Shown here: positions 1-14,010 of the stretch, in pieces
How positions within the stretch are numbered: position 1 is the first letter of the stretch
How the letters are laid out: each line of letters begins with the position of its first letter
DNA from: Octopus bimaculoides
Taxonomy: Eukaryota
Direction of reading: 5' to 3'
NCBI RefSeq assembly: GCF_001194135.2
Contig: NC_068983.1
Coordinates: 75,255,096-75,319,095 of the forward strand
Length of the DNA: 64,000 nt
Made by a program: the position numbers and the translations under genes
Notes under the pieces: generated by a model
Databases searched by the model: none
What the model saw: the letters and a program-made list of their open reading frames with translations, nothing else
Told to the model about the DNA's origin: nothing

Positions 1-63
1 TATATATATATATATATGAGGCTGACTTATATATATATATATATATGCCTATATATGTATGTA

Positions 64-121
<58 letters not shown>

Positions 122-216
122 TGTACCACCACCATCACTTGACTACCGATGTTGCTGTGTTTACTTCCCCATAACTTAGCCGTTTGCAAAACACACTGAT
201 AGAATACGTACTATAT

Positions 217-247
<31 letters not shown>

Positions 248-2349
248 GTAGGTACAGATATGGTACCTTGAGTAAGTGTCTATAGCTATAGTTTTTGGCT
301 GACCAAACCCTTGTCAGTGGATTTAGTAGATAGACACTAGCAGAAACTTGTCACACATGTGTGTATTACTGTCATTTTGCCCTGATATTGTGCAAGTTGT
401 GAACAAGTGTCTCTGTAATACAAGCAGTGTCGTTTGCTTCCAATATTCTGTGTGGAAACATGTCGGCTTAAGGGGAAATATTACCCTATTCAAAAACATG
501 TAAGGGTTGGCGATGGAAAGGACATTCATTCATAGAAAATCTGCCTCAATAAATTCCACCTGACCTATGCAAGCATGAAAAAATAGGTTACTGTGTGTGT
601 GGTGTTCGCGCATGCACATCATATATATTATTCTCATTTCAATAAATAAATGTTTGAAATTTGTTTGTGCATTATTTTATTAACAACATTACTAAAAACC
701 TTCTCATCTTTACACAATTTCAGTTTCATTGGTGACTTACAGAATCAATCAACCATGCGAGCCAAGGGACAATGGTGTTAATTTGATATACATCATAAAA
801 GTGCTGAATATGTAAGGTCTTTAGTCACACATGGGTAACTACACAACAATGAACTGCTAAGTTATATTATTTGACGCAACAACACCAATTTTTACAACCT
901 GCATTGGTGATAAACATTCAGCATAACAGATAAGCACACTAAAAACCTTTGCACATTTTCTATCTATCAAATACCACCCCCAATATGACCATCAAACAGT
1001 GGACAAGCAGTGGAACCATAACTTGGAAACACATGCTTATAGAGTAAAACTTCTTAACCAGACAGCCATGCTTCTGTCTGTCAGTCTGTCGATTTGTGTG
1101 CTGAGTATTTTATTTATCCACTGCTCAAGTTTCAAACTTTCTAATCTATCACGCTCTGTTCCACATCCTATATTGAATATCATCTTCATTTTTCATTTAC
1201 AAGCTGTAAAATGTATGTGTGTATGAGAGAGAGAGAGAGACAGACAGAGACAGAGAGGAAAACAGAAGTTCAGTTTGAACTGAGGAGGGGAAAAAACTTT
1301 TTAAACAATAATTTCTTCACTTAATATTTTAAAGCAGTCATGTTACAAAGTGCAGCCCTCAGGACTATCTGAATGGCATGCCTAGAAAAAACTACCTTGA
1401 TTTTTTTTTTTTCTTTTAGTAGTGCAGTCCGATTAATGATGAATCATTTTCATACAGCCTGCTTCTCAAAAATGGTTGCCCGTGCCTTTTTTAGAAACTG
1501 TAACACCAATACTTGCTTGATCTATTTCTATTTCCACCACGTCTACTACTACCACCACAACCACCAACACCTTTAAGCAGAATATTAATTCCCATAATTG
1601 CTTACTTAATACATTACAATATACATCCCCTTTCATTAAAAAAATCCAAAGGTTCTCCACTGAATTCTTATAACCAATACCAGATGTGCTGACTATACAC
1701 ACACATCCACACACACGCAGACTCAATTCTTATACACTCTAGGCAAAAAAAATTCAACTCATATCCACCACTTCATGAAATTCTTAGAAAGTCTGAACTC
1801 AAAATGCCAGGTCTCCTCCAGAATTATTAGAAAAGTTTTTACAAATGAAAAAGGAGAAAGCAGATAAAATTAGAAACGATTATTCTTTCAATTTCTTTAT
1901 CTTATTTTTTATCAAATATTTTTTTGAGGTAAAAAGGAGTCTTGAGAACAATAAAAAAAATCTGCACTGAAAGATAAGAGTTAAGTGTTTAAATTATTTC
2001 AAGGTGAAAAAATGCGGGAAGGGAGTAGAATCCCTGTGTGGTCTCAATAGTCATTTTATCTAACCTATGATTGCTGCCATAACTGCTATAACAAGATTGC
2101 AAAAGAAAGTACCTAGAAACAGAAATTAGCCTTGTTGTACAGGCTGTTTTGTTTTTTGTTTTGTTCTGGGTTTTTTTTTTTTTTTTTTTTTTGAGGGTTT
2201 TTAAGTGTTTCAGTTTTGGAAAAGAAGCAGTCAGTGATACCATCATGATTATGTGACTCAAAAGTTTGCTTCTCAACTACATGGTTCCAGGTTGGGGAAA
2301 AAAATTCTTCACTACATGGCCATATATATATTGCAATCAGTGACCAGGA

Positions 2350-2935
2350 AAGAACCATAAATAGCTTCTGGCAGGGTCCAGGTACTCAGTTACAAGCATC
2401 TTGAACGAAGACTCCAGTCTGAAGATAAAACTTCCTTATCTTAATGCACTGTATCCTACTTTCAGCAGATCCCAAACCAACAAGAAAAACATAGTTGTCT
2501 GATCTGCTAAGAAATACCATCTAGACTGCATCTTGAAAAAGATCACTGCACTGACTGGCATGAAGTCAGCCACAAACAAATACCAGATTCTAACCTACAA
2601 ACATGTTCTCTCTGCTTTCTCTCTCTGTCTACCCTTCCATCATCTATTACAATGGCCCCTGCTCCTCAGAAATTGCAAGTCTCAAGCCATCTCCACTCAG
2701 AAATTCATGACACACACTTTGTTCCTCCTTTCAATACCTACATTATATCCAACCTACCCACCATCATCACCATCACTAGGTCCTGCACTAACCACTGTGC
2801 CCAGATTTTCTTCCCCAGAACACAAGTCCTTTGGAATTCCTTCCCTGTACATCTTTTTCTTGGTCATCAACTTAGAACAGTTTCAGGAGACCATCAACAT
2901 CCTCACCAGTCTCACCGAGCCAGTAAAGCCATAGG
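2350..2935 (+). mobile_element. Decayed CR1/L2-clade LINE ORF2 3' fragment
   Basis: Frameshifted translations YYNGPCSSEIASLKP, RSCTNHCAQIFFPRTQVLWNSFP and LEQFQETINIL resemble the post-RT C-terminal region of CR1/L2-group LINEs (the FFPRT..LWNSLP motif). Confidence 0.65.
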
Positions 2936-2985
2936 CAGAGACCCATCCTCCAGACCAAAACACAAAAAAAAAAAATATCCAATAC

Positions 2986-3369
2986 GGGCGTAGGAATGAC
3001 TGTGTGGTAAGTAGCTTGCAAACGAACCACATGGTTCTGGATTCAGTCCCACTGCGTGGCACCTTGGGCAAGTGTCTTCTACTATAGCCTCGGGCCGACC
3101 AAAGCCTTATGACTGGATTAGGTAGACGGAAACTGAAAGAAGCCCGTTGTATATATATATATTTGTATGTGTGTGTATATGTTTGTGTGTCTGTGTTTGT
3201 CCCCCCAACATCGCTTGACAACCGATGCTGATGTGTTTACCGATAGAATAAGTACTAGGCTTACAAAGAATAAGTCCTGGGGTCGATTTGCTCGACTAAA
3301 GGCGGTGCTCCAGCATGGCCACAGTCAAATGACTGAAACAGGTAAAAGAGTAAAAGAGTAAAAAGAGTA
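2986..3369 (+). mobile_element. tRNA-derived CORE-type SINE (family A), full length
   Basis: Degenerate tRNA head, CORE-like GGCACCTTGGGCAAGTGTCTT, an internal (TA)/(TG) microsatellite and a 3' GGTGCTCCAGCATGGCC...TGACTGAAACA(AGTAAAAG)n tail. More than 20 full or partial copies occur in the window. Confidence 0.85.
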
Positions 3370-4186
3370 CAGCCTTCTTTTTCTCTTTTTCTAAGACGGT
3401 AAGGTGTGATTTCAGAAAGCGTTAGTTGCTATCTTTAGCAGGTGAAGCAACCACATAGAGGCTTCTTCAGTGGAGGTCAGTCAGTGGATTGATCACATTG
3501 GAATTAAATGACGAGTGGAATAGAAAATAAAAATCACAAAACAAAAGAGTCAATAATTAAAAAGACAATGAAGAAGACCAGGTGTAGAGAAGCTATTACT
3601 TACTTTATAGAGAGGAGGAAACGTCACAGATTTTTCAAAGCTTGTATTCCCACACATGTCCGCACACTTGGCAGTGGTTGCTTTGAATTAAGTAATGTTT
3701 ATCAGTGTGAAATTACAACTCTTATGCTATCAGACACCGTCCTACCACCTATATTAATTAATATACATGCACGCATGTATGTCTGTGAGTATGTTTGGAC
3801 AAGAGAGCTACATACCGTAAATAAATAGGCTAATTTATCCATACACACAGACACAAACAAACATGTATCAACACAGCCCCAAACTCACACATGAATACAT
3901 AACATACCAACCGACAAGGCATACAGCAGTGTATAGCTATATGCATAAAACTGACATGCATACACATTATAGTAGACACACACAACATAGCCACACACTG
4001 ATACACCCATGCACGCACCACACGACACAGCCACACTCACCCACATGCATGCAATATAGCTATATACAAACCAAAATGCATGCACGTACAAGTCATTCAC
4101 ACAACACAACCATACAAAAAACATAACCACGGTCAAACCAATATGCATTTATCAATCACATGATTCAATATGCTCACGCACGCACG

Positions 4187-4223
<37 letters not shown>

Positions 4224-4404
4224 GCCTGCCAGCCATGGGTCACTAGCCTAACAAAACTAGCCCTATTCAAATGCAAATACATACACTAACTTTCAATTAG
4301 ACATACACAAACATAACTCCACATACATAACTGGATTCAACACACATCTGTAATATTCATAATAATTACTGATTGAAAAATCAAAATAAAACAAAAACAA
4401 TGCA

Positions 4405-4750
4405 ACAGTGTGGGCATTAAGAAGCTTGCTTGCCAATGACATGGTTCCGAGTTCAAACTCTCTGCATAGCACCTTGGGCAAGTGTCTACAACAGCCTGGT
4501 GAGTAGATTTGATAGACAAAAACTGGAAAAGGTTTGTGCGTGTGTATGTGTGTGTTTGTCCCACACCACTGCTTGACAAGCAGCGTTGGTTTGTTTACAC
4601 CCCTATAACTTAGCAGTGTAGCATTAAAGACTGATATAATTAGTATTAGGCTTCAAAAATTATAAAATGGTAAGTACAGGGGTCAATTCGAAGCAATGTC
4701 CTAGCATGGCTGCAATCCAATGACTGAGAACATGCAAAAGATAAAAAGAT
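4405..4750 (+). mobile_element. Family A SINE, diverged
   Basis: Same head/CORE/microsatellite/tail order as 2986-3369. Confidence 0.75.
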
Positions 4751-6163
4751 TTCAAAGATAATGAAAATATATGACAAGATAATTAGCAGCAGGCAGTTGA
4801 CTACATAATCAGGAGAGTGTCAGATCAAATACCTGGTGCTCTTTTACATTCCTTTACATTTTGATTTCTAAATCCATCTAGATCAATGATTCAGCCTTTC
4901 ATCTGTCTTGAGATCAAGGAAATGAGTACAAGCATTGAGATCAATATAATTAACTACACTCTTGAAGGAGGTGCTCCAGCATGGCTGCATTCTAATGACT
5001 GTGACCATATAAAAGAATACATAAATATTTATACACCACTCCTCTCCCCACCACTCTCTCTCTCTCTCTCTCTCATAAATCATCATCATCACAACCATTT
5101 AACCATTTAGCTTTTAAACAAGCCATGTCCAGCCCCAAATGCTCTACCAGTTTTATGCTGAAACTAGCCAGATCCAGCCTCTCATGCCTACCCTACAATG
5201 TCATTCTAAAAATAAACAATCACATCATCAAAATCTCGAGGCTCAATGACAATACTTGATTAATTTTTTTTAAATGTGGATAAATAAGCTTTACATTTGA
5301 TAAATTAATCTGAATGCTAAAGTGTTAAACAGGTTGTATCCAGTCCCAAATGTTCTACCTGTTTTCTGTTCAAACTGGCCAGATCTGGCCGCCTTTCACA
5401 CTTATCTGGCAATGACATTCAAACCATAAACAATCACATCATAGAAATCTCAAAGCTACAAGATAATGCATGATTAATTCAAAAACAATGGGAATAAGTA
5501 AACATTACATTTGACTGAGTAATCTGAATAGTAAAGGGCTTATATCCATTTCCCATACTGGCATGGGATGGACGGTTTGACATAGCTTTGATAGCTGGAT
5601 GCCCTTTCTAATGCCAACCACTTTACAGAGTGTACTGAGTGCTTTTTTTTTTATACAACAAGCTAGTTAGGTTTGCAAGTAACTTGTAAGACAAGAACAG
5701 GAAGAAGAAAGAAAAAAAGGGGAAAATGAAAATGCCTCCTTGAGTAAATGGGATAGGTGTATTTGAGCAGGGAGGAGGGGTAATGGTTCTATGTCAGGTG
5801 TTGAGGGATTAAAGTGTGATAGAGGGGCAAGCCCAGGTGTTTTGCATTAGAGGAAATACAAGGCTCCCTGCCCCTCTGCATCATAAAATGGGTGGGCAGG
5901 AGTGGCTGGGAAGAAGGTAGAGATGGTGGTGATGAGATGCGAGATCATCCCAAGATACAAGAAGGCAGGTAAAAGAGACAATAGACAGTGGATTGGGGGT
6001 GAGAGAAGTTTCATAAGACTGCGAGGGGTAGAGTAATAGATGGGGATATAGAGGTGAATGTAGAACAAGGATGGAGGTGCAGTTGATGGAAAATACCAGA
6101 ACAGAGAGGGGCAAAGTAAGCGACCCAAGAGTAGCTCAGGAAGGAGAATAGATCAGAAACTAC

Positions 6164-6203
<40 letters not shown>

Positions 6204-6750
6204 GGCATAGACATGGCTGTGTTGTTGAGGAATTCACTTTGCAATTATCAACTTTCAAGTACCAAGTTAATCACATGCATTCTTATTCTTGAAAGTGGTG
6301 TGACCCAGCAGTGCAAATCCAATTTCACAGCTTACACTCACTGAAAGTGGAACTGACTAAGTTACAACTGAAAGGACTTAAAAAATGTTTTCTGATAAAA
6401 CTTAATTAACAAATAACGAGCACCATTTAACAACAGCAAACCCTGTTCTACCACTTAAAATAATTAAACCCTAGGTTTATCATGAACCCTGCTGGTTCTA
6501 GCTGTGAATTTCCAGTCTCTTTGTTCTGTCACAAACCACTATAAATTATTTTTCCTTCCAATACAATGCTCTCCCACATTATTACAAGTGGGGGTGTTAT
6601 AGGCACAAGCATGGTAAGTTTACTTCCCAACCATGGGTTTCAAGTTCCAGTCCCACTACATAGCACCTTGAGCAAAGTGTCTTCTACTATAGCCCCAGGC
6701 CACCCAAAGCCTTGTGAGTGCATTTAGTAAACAGAAACCAAAAGAAACCT

Positions 6751-6808
<58 letters not shown>

Positions 6809-8458
6809 CGCACGCATACATAGAGGAATCTCCTTGTTTTGACATCATGTGATAGGCACAGTAAATAATACACTTTTGAATACACTATATCTAGTGGAAA
6901 AAAAAAAGAGATAGAATGGTCTCAGCTGGAATAATTTTGATCATAAGTCCATTCAATCCAAGAAAAACGGTGAAGTTCAAATTTTGGGGACTAAATATGT
7001 TTCAAGCCCTTAATATTTGGATAGCTTGGTTCAAGCTCTTGGAAAGCATGGTTCAAAACAGGTAAAGTTACCTAGGTTAGAAAGTGAATTTTACTGAAGC
7101 CAGTATACTAATTTCAAAATAGTAAAAGAGTTGAAGGGGTTAAAGGCAAAGTTGAACTCAGTAGGATTTGAACTCAGAAAACACAGAACCTGAACAAATA
7201 CTGCAAAGCATTCCAGCTGATGCTCTAGTAATTCTGCCTACTTCAAAATCTTAAAACTAAATTCTGCACTCTATGTTAAAGTTACCAGCCCTAATGTTAA
7301 TAAATACAGTAATATCTTCCTACTGACAGAAACATTTCTTTATGACATTTGTCTTCTGAGTTTGTAATTAACATCAGTTAACGAGATAAGTGCTAAAATC
7401 AGATTGTGGCACCATGACAGAATTAAACATGGCTCAAGATATTATTAATAAGATACAAGAATATTATCAAAATTCTAAAGCAATAGTTATCTTTGTCTTT
7501 CACTAGCAAAATAAATTGCAAGAGATATAGTTTGTGATTTTTCAATGAGTATTCTAATGATAAAGTAGTCCCAAATACATCTATATCTAAATACATACAT
7601 TGAGGCTATAGATCACTAAATATGTGTGCCAAGGTTATAGACCAACACGTTTGCAGTTACCTAATCTTAAAGCCTGCTTGGTTATAAATTAGAGAGAAAA
7701 GCTAAGCAACAGTAACTTCAAAGTCTTTCATTCATATCTACATGTTTAATAGAGAAGACTAAACAAACAAATGCATAGCACATCTTATCTATGGGAAGTG
7801 AATGCAGGAATGGTTGTGTGGTTAAGAAGTTTACTTCGCGATCACCTAGTATTGAGTTCAGTCTCATTGCAGAGCATCTTCTTCTATGATATCCACCTTG
7901 TAAGTGAAACAAAGAAAAAAGAACTGCAAATGCTTGTTGCACATGCATGTGTGTGTGTAAGTTGTAGACATGTTGAGAGTTGTTGCTGCGAAAGCCAAAA
8001 GACCAGTGCTTTTCAAATGTGCTCCTTTGATATATTTGTTATGCACTGAGTTGGGCTTCCTTGCTCGCTTATCCCTCCCACCATCAAAAATGCAGTGGAC
8101 CAGTGATTGGTCCACTGTAAACCTGTAATTGCCTTCTTGGAATCCAAATTGCAAAATTACCGAATTACCTCAGTTGCCCAATATATATGTTTGCTCTTGT
8201 TACTTTTTAACAGAGGAAAATGCCATGAAACTTTGGGAAAACGGTAGAACTGATGAAATTGTCATAGTACTGCTCCTTATTTTAGCAATCATGAAAGGAT
8301 ATGGCAAAGTTAACCATAGTAAGATTTGAACTCAGAATACAAATGGATTTACCAAAGCATTTTGCACAATACTCTACCAATTCAGCCACTCGCTGGCTTT
8401 CTTGTTGCGTAATGTATTAATCAAAATCCATGTGCAAAAAATTGCAAAGACAACAGAG

Positions 8459-8504
<46 letters not shown>

Positions 8505-9069
8505 GTTCAATCAGAATGCAAAATGGGATTAAGATATTCTGAGATTTTGAAATTTATCATATGTTAATAGCAAATGATCAAAGACACAATTATTACCATC
8601 ATCATCACCATCATCATCACTATCATTGTTGCCTTCATCGTTGTCGTCATCGACATTCCTCTAATCTTCATTACTATCACCTATTTAATATCTACCTTTC
8701 AAGCCACACACCTATCCATTCCATACATGTGTGATGAGTTACACAAGCATTTTGGTATGCATTTCTTTGTTTATATTAAAATATGGACTTCAACCTGCAT
8801 GATAATTACTACGATGTACAACATACATACACTCACACACGAATAAAGATACCTGCTTAGAACACCCACATTATGTAGAGAACACTCACAAAGAGAAAAC
8901 ACCCACACTGTCACGCATAAATGAGCAACTGTGTAGATAAATGAATTCCGTTGACGCATATATGAATGGCATCACAAATATAGATCAATACATGCCAATG
9001 GGAGATCTACAAAAAAAATTAATTAATAAATAAAACACGATAAAATCTTGTATAAAAAAAAACATGGTG

Positions 9070-9320
9070 AGCTCTTGTAAAAAAAAAAATATGCTTAACT
9101 TTTGTAAAGCATACATCCTACATGTTTAGCTCTTGTAGCAAAAAACACATGTTTAGCTCTTGCAAACATACATGAGTTAACTGTTATGAAAGATATGTTA
9201 TCTCTAATTAACCATACATGTTTAGCTCTTATAAAACATACATGTTATGACAGATATGTTTAGCTCATATTAAACATACATGTGTAATGCCTGTTAATAA
9301 CAAGCTTTCGATCTTGTAAA
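9070..9320. repeat. Degenerate ~25-bp tandem repeat
   Basis: Recurrent ACATGTT(T)AGCTCTT(G/A)TAAA motif, about 7 copies. Confidence 0.7.
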
Positions 9321-9329
9321 ATAAGAATG

Positions 9330-10006
9330 TGATTGATTGATGTTGCTGTCACAGTGCTGGTGTTAGTGATTGTTGTGGTGATAGCGGTGGTGGTGGTAGC
9401 AGTGACTATTATTATGGTCATGATGGTAAAGGTGATAGTAGATAAATGTAGTTGTGGTGTTAGTGAGTTTAATGGTATTGATAACGGTGGTGGTGATTAT
9501 AGTTATGGAGGCATTGGTAGTGGCTGTGCAGAGGTGGTTTTTATGATGATTGAAATTGTTGTTGTTGTGCTGGTGATGATCATAATGATTGTGGTGTTGT
9601 ATGACTTATTGAGTTGATGATAAAAGTGGTTGTCATACAGGTGACAGTTGTGGTGGTTATAATAAATATTTCTGTTGTTGTTATGATAGAAATGGTGAGG
9701 AGGATTATTACTGTTGTTCAGTGGTGGTTTTGCTCTAGGTTTCTTTTTTTCTTTTTTTTAAATCTTAACTACTACTAATAATAATAATAATCCTTTCTAC
9801 TATAGACACAAGGCCTGAAATTATGGGGGTTGGGGTAAGTCGATTACATCGACCCCAGTACTTGACTGCTACTTATTTTATCAACCCCGAAAGGATGAAA
9901 GGCAAAGTCAACCTCAGCAGAATTTGAACTCAGAATGTGAAGACGGATGAAATGCTACTTAGCATTTCACCCAGTGTGCTAATGATTCTGCCAGCTTACT
10001 GCCTTC

Positions 10007-10051
<45 letters not shown>

Positions 10052-10570
10052 TTTCCTACTGAAGGTACATGGCTTGAAATTTGGTGGGGGGAAGCGGGCT
10101 AGTCGATTTCATCAACCCCAGTATTTCACTGGTACTTAATTTATCGACCCTGAAAGTATGAAAGGCAAAGTCGACCTTCGTGGAATTTGAACTCAGAATG
10201 TAAAAACAGATGAAATACTGCTAAGCGTTTCACCCAGCATGCTAATGATTCTGCCAGTTCACCGCCTCGATAATAATAATAATAATGTTACTACTATCAT
10301 TGCTGCTATTATTACCACTACCAGATTAACTACTACATCTGCAGTGTTCTAATACTACCTACTATGCTGTCTGTTACTATGATTACTACTACATTACCAT
10401 GATAACTTTTAACACTACCACCACTACTACTACTACTACTACAATGATAGTGTTACCTGCACATAAGCGACACTACCACCACAACAAAATTATTGCAAAC
10501 ACTACCATCAACACCACTACTATCAACCATCATTACTGCTACCAAAACAACAATAGCCATCACCACAAGG
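9330..10570. repeat. Degenerate trinucleotide low-complexity blocks flanking the SINE C dimer
   Basis: 9330-9720 is GTG/GAT/GTT-rich and 10280-10570 is ACT/ACC-rich. The poly-V and poly-T ORFs arise from these blocks. Confidence 0.8.
9791..10267 (-). mobile_element. Head-to-tail dimer of tRNA-derived SINE family C in an (AAT)n array
   Basis: Two ~215-bp copies (9791-10005, 10051-10267) share GAAAGGATGAAAGGCAAAGTC...GAATTTGAACTCAGAA...GATTCTGCCAG, each with an (ATT)n tail on the minus strand. Another copy lies at about 16222-16440. Confidence 0.8.
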
Positions 10571-11393
10571 TAAGAAGGGAGATTCTCTCTACACAATAGA
10601 AATTGCAGCCAACTTTTTACACAACATCAGCCTACCATCTTCAATGTGATAGGGATCCTCCTAAAAAAGATGAGAAAGTCACTAAGATAAGACAGTCACT
10701 GCCTGAATGTCAGATCTGCTTTATTTAGTGTTGACATGAAGCTTCAACAATAACACTAGGCCAATGAAAGGAGCCTCTATGTGGTTGCCCGAAATGCTAG
10801 AAATAGCAGCTAAATCTTCTTTAAATTACACCCTGCCATTTCTAAAATAAAAGACACGTTACATAATGTAGTTCAGGTTACATAATTCAGGAAAAAAAGT
10901 TAACAAAAACAGAAAATGGGATGGTTTACAGCTTGAATATCATTTGGTCATAAGTCTCCCTGGTTGGTGTTCATTTGGGGCTGAAACCAACAATAACAAC
11001 AATATATCATGTTTTTAGCAGTTAAAAAAAAGGTGGGGGGGAACTGCAAGTGAATTCTATATTTGCAAAGAGAAATTTTAAAAAATGAAATGAAATGCTA
11101 TCCTACCAAAGCGCCACACCTTCTCTGCATCAATCATCAGTGATGAATCATGATTAAAGAGTGAGTTTTTCCATGTTGTTTTTGTTATTTTCTTTCTTTT
11201 TTTATTATTTTCATTCTCTACCTCTATCCTATTTTTCTCTCTACTTTTGACACAGATTATAAAATTGCACGGAGAATGAAGTTGTGAGAATGGAGGGGGT
11301 GAATCAAGGACAAGGAAAAGCAATTCATTCATTCCATAAATATGCCCCTAATGCATTTTCTAATAATTATAACATATCAGAGGCTGAACCAAC

Positions 11394-11527
<134 letters not shown>

Positions 11528-11649
11528 TGTTAAGTTGCTCACTGCAAATACCAGAAATAGCAGCCAAGTTAACTTCAAATGTCACCACCTTAAATTTCTT
11601 TTAAAAAAATAAAACAACTAGGCAGAATGCCTTGAACTATGTCCTAGAT

Positions 11650-11860
11650 CAGTGATTCCCAACACGGGGCATATGCCCCACTGGTGGAACGTGGGATTCT
11701 TTTTTTTCTTTTTCTTTTTTTTTTTTTTTCAGTAGGACTTGGAATTCTGAAAATCTTTTTTTCACAGCAAAACATATTACACCTATACTCTTTTTTCTAA
11801 CCACCGCAGTAGGGAATACATTTTCCTGGGGCCTGAGAGAAAATAAGTTGAGAAACATTG
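11650..11860. mobile_element. hAT-superfamily MITE
   Basis: TIRs CAGTGATTCCCAAC / GTTGAGAAACATTG and an exact 8-bp TSD TCCTAGAT (11642-11649, 11861-11868). It is inserted in an older (AAC)n-tailed repeat. Confidence 0.85.
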
Positions 11861-12425
11861 TCCTAGATACTGTATCCTCAGTATGGAATGGGATGAGACA
11901 GGATGGTCAAAGCTGGAATAATCTTCCATAATATACCTGTTCCAGTCAATGATAACCTGGGGCTGTACAAGAACAACAACAGTAGCAGCAATATGAGGGG
12001 CTTTTTTTTTTCTTTCTTTTCCATAGTTGCCACACAGGTGCTGGAATAATGGTGTTTGTGGTAAAATTCACTTCAAAATTACATGGTTCCAGGCTCAATT
12101 CCACTCAGCACTTTGGTCAAGTGCCTTCAATAACAGACTGTACACACGAACACACAGGTTTTGACAGTGGTCAATACTTCAGAGAATAGTGTTAACTAAG
12201 CACATGGCATGGTGGTTAGGGTGTTGGACTCATAATCGTAAACTGTGGTTTCAATTCCTGGATCAGGTAATGTGTGGTGTTCTTGAGCAAAATACTTCAT
12301 TTCATGAATCCTGTGACAGACCAATGTCCTGTACAAGAAGGTACACATACACCAGAGAAACTGAGAAACTGACCCTATCAAAATGTGTTTCTCATAAACA
12401 GATTTTGCCTAACCATGAAAAATTT

Positions 12426-12810
12426 TGTTGTTGGCACTCCGTCGCTTACGACGTCGAGGGTTCCAGTCGATCCGATCAACGGAACAGCCTGCTCGTGAAA
12501 TTAACGTGCAAGTGGCTGAGCACTCCACAGACACATGTACCCTTAACGTAGTTCTCGGGGATGTTCAGCGTGACACAGTGTGACAAGGCTGGCCCTTTGA
12601 ATTGCAGGTACAACAGAAACAGGAAGTAAGAGCGAGAGAAAGTTGTGGTGGAAGAGTACAGCAGGGTTCGCCACCATCCCCTGCCGGAGCCTCGTGGAGC
12701 TTTAGGTGCTTTCGCTCAATAAACACTCACAACGCGTGGTCTGGGAATCGAAACTGCGATCCTATGACCGCAAGTCCGCTGCCCTAACCACTGGGCCATT
12801 GCGCCTCCAC
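12426..12810 (-). mobile_element. Well-preserved tRNA(Arg-like)-derived SINE (family H)
   Basis: A-box TGGCCCAGTGG (12798-12788), B-box-like GTTTCGATTCC, CpG-rich, (AAC) tail. The 3' ~200 bp is shared with 52620-52800 and 44345-44465. Confidence 0.85.
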
Positions 12811-13679
12811 TGACTGTGAAAAATATACAGTGGCCAAACTACAAGTTTTTCTCTCTGTGGACAGGAAAAAAAAACAACATTTATCTAATGGGTTTCAGCA
12901 TTTATTAATACCACATCAGTGATTGATTACTCATTCCAATCTAGAGAGAGAATAATAGCTTATATTTACATTTTGTGCCAACTCTGACGGAACTAAATTA
13001 GTTTCCTTAATTTGCATATCATAAGGTGGCCTGGGCAAGTATGAATTAATTGATTAATCCAATTGCTATTGAGTGCTTCTATTAATTTATTCATGCTGCC
13101 AATGTTTCATTTGTTATGCAGATGAAATTAAATAGTTTCAACTAAGATTAGACTCTAATCTCTGATCTTTGAGAGCTTATTTTATATTATAGTACTCAAA
13201 GTTGGTCACAAAGTTAAAGTACATACACATATACACACACACTTAAACTCAATCCATCAAAAGATTAATTCATATATTAAAGCGCTGACTAATTAATCAC
13301 AAAGGTAACTTATTTTGACTTAAACACACACCTGTCCAATTTTTGTTTCAGAGATGGTTGAATGGTTGAGTAAATCTATAATAGCTGAGCTTTAACACAC
13401 TATCTTTTATCTATGTTTTACTAATTGGTCTGTGGCCACACTGGGGCACCACTCTGAACAGTTTAGTTGAACATCGACCCCTAGTACTTATTTTTGTTCA
13501 GTTAGGCTGCTATTCATTCTTTTAGTCTCTTAGTCTCAAATCTTTGGTCACCCTAGGGCTATAGTAGAAGACACTTGCCCAAGGTACTACACAGTGAGCG
13601 ATGTTGGTTGAACCTGGAACTACAAGGTTGGGAAATAAACTTCTTACCACACTGCCACACATAAGCCTACAGCCTTATC

Positions 13680-14010
13680 TTTTATCTTTTACTTGTTTCA
13701 GTCATTTGACTACGGCCATCTTTTAAAACTTAGTATTTATTCTATCGGTATTTTGTACCAAATCACTAAGTTATAGGGATGTAAACACACCAACACCAGT
13801 TGTCAAGTGGTGGTGGGGGACAAACACACACATACATATATGCGACGGGCTTCGTTCAGTTCCCATCTACCAAATCCATTCACAAGGCTTTGGTCGGCCA
13901 AAGTCTATAGTAGAAGATACTGGCCCAAGGTGTCATGCAGTGGGACACAACCCAGAATCATGTGGTTGAGAAGCAAGCTTCTTACCACACAGCCACACCT
14001 GTGCCTATAG
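13680..14010 (-). mobile_element. Family A SINE
   Basis: Reverse complement of the family A body with head and tail. Confidence 0.75.

Noticed and set aside
741-6368. Minus-strand exon candidates (741-803, 2065-2112, ~3603-3680, ~6340-6368) with hydrophobic translations
   Set aside because: AT-rich DNA yields F/L/I-rich peptides by default, the phases do not chain convincingly, and no homology is recognised.
12740-12810. Bona fide tRNA genes here and at 54548-54620
   Set aside because: A/B boxes are present but no complete acceptor stem is, and both continue into SINE bodies.
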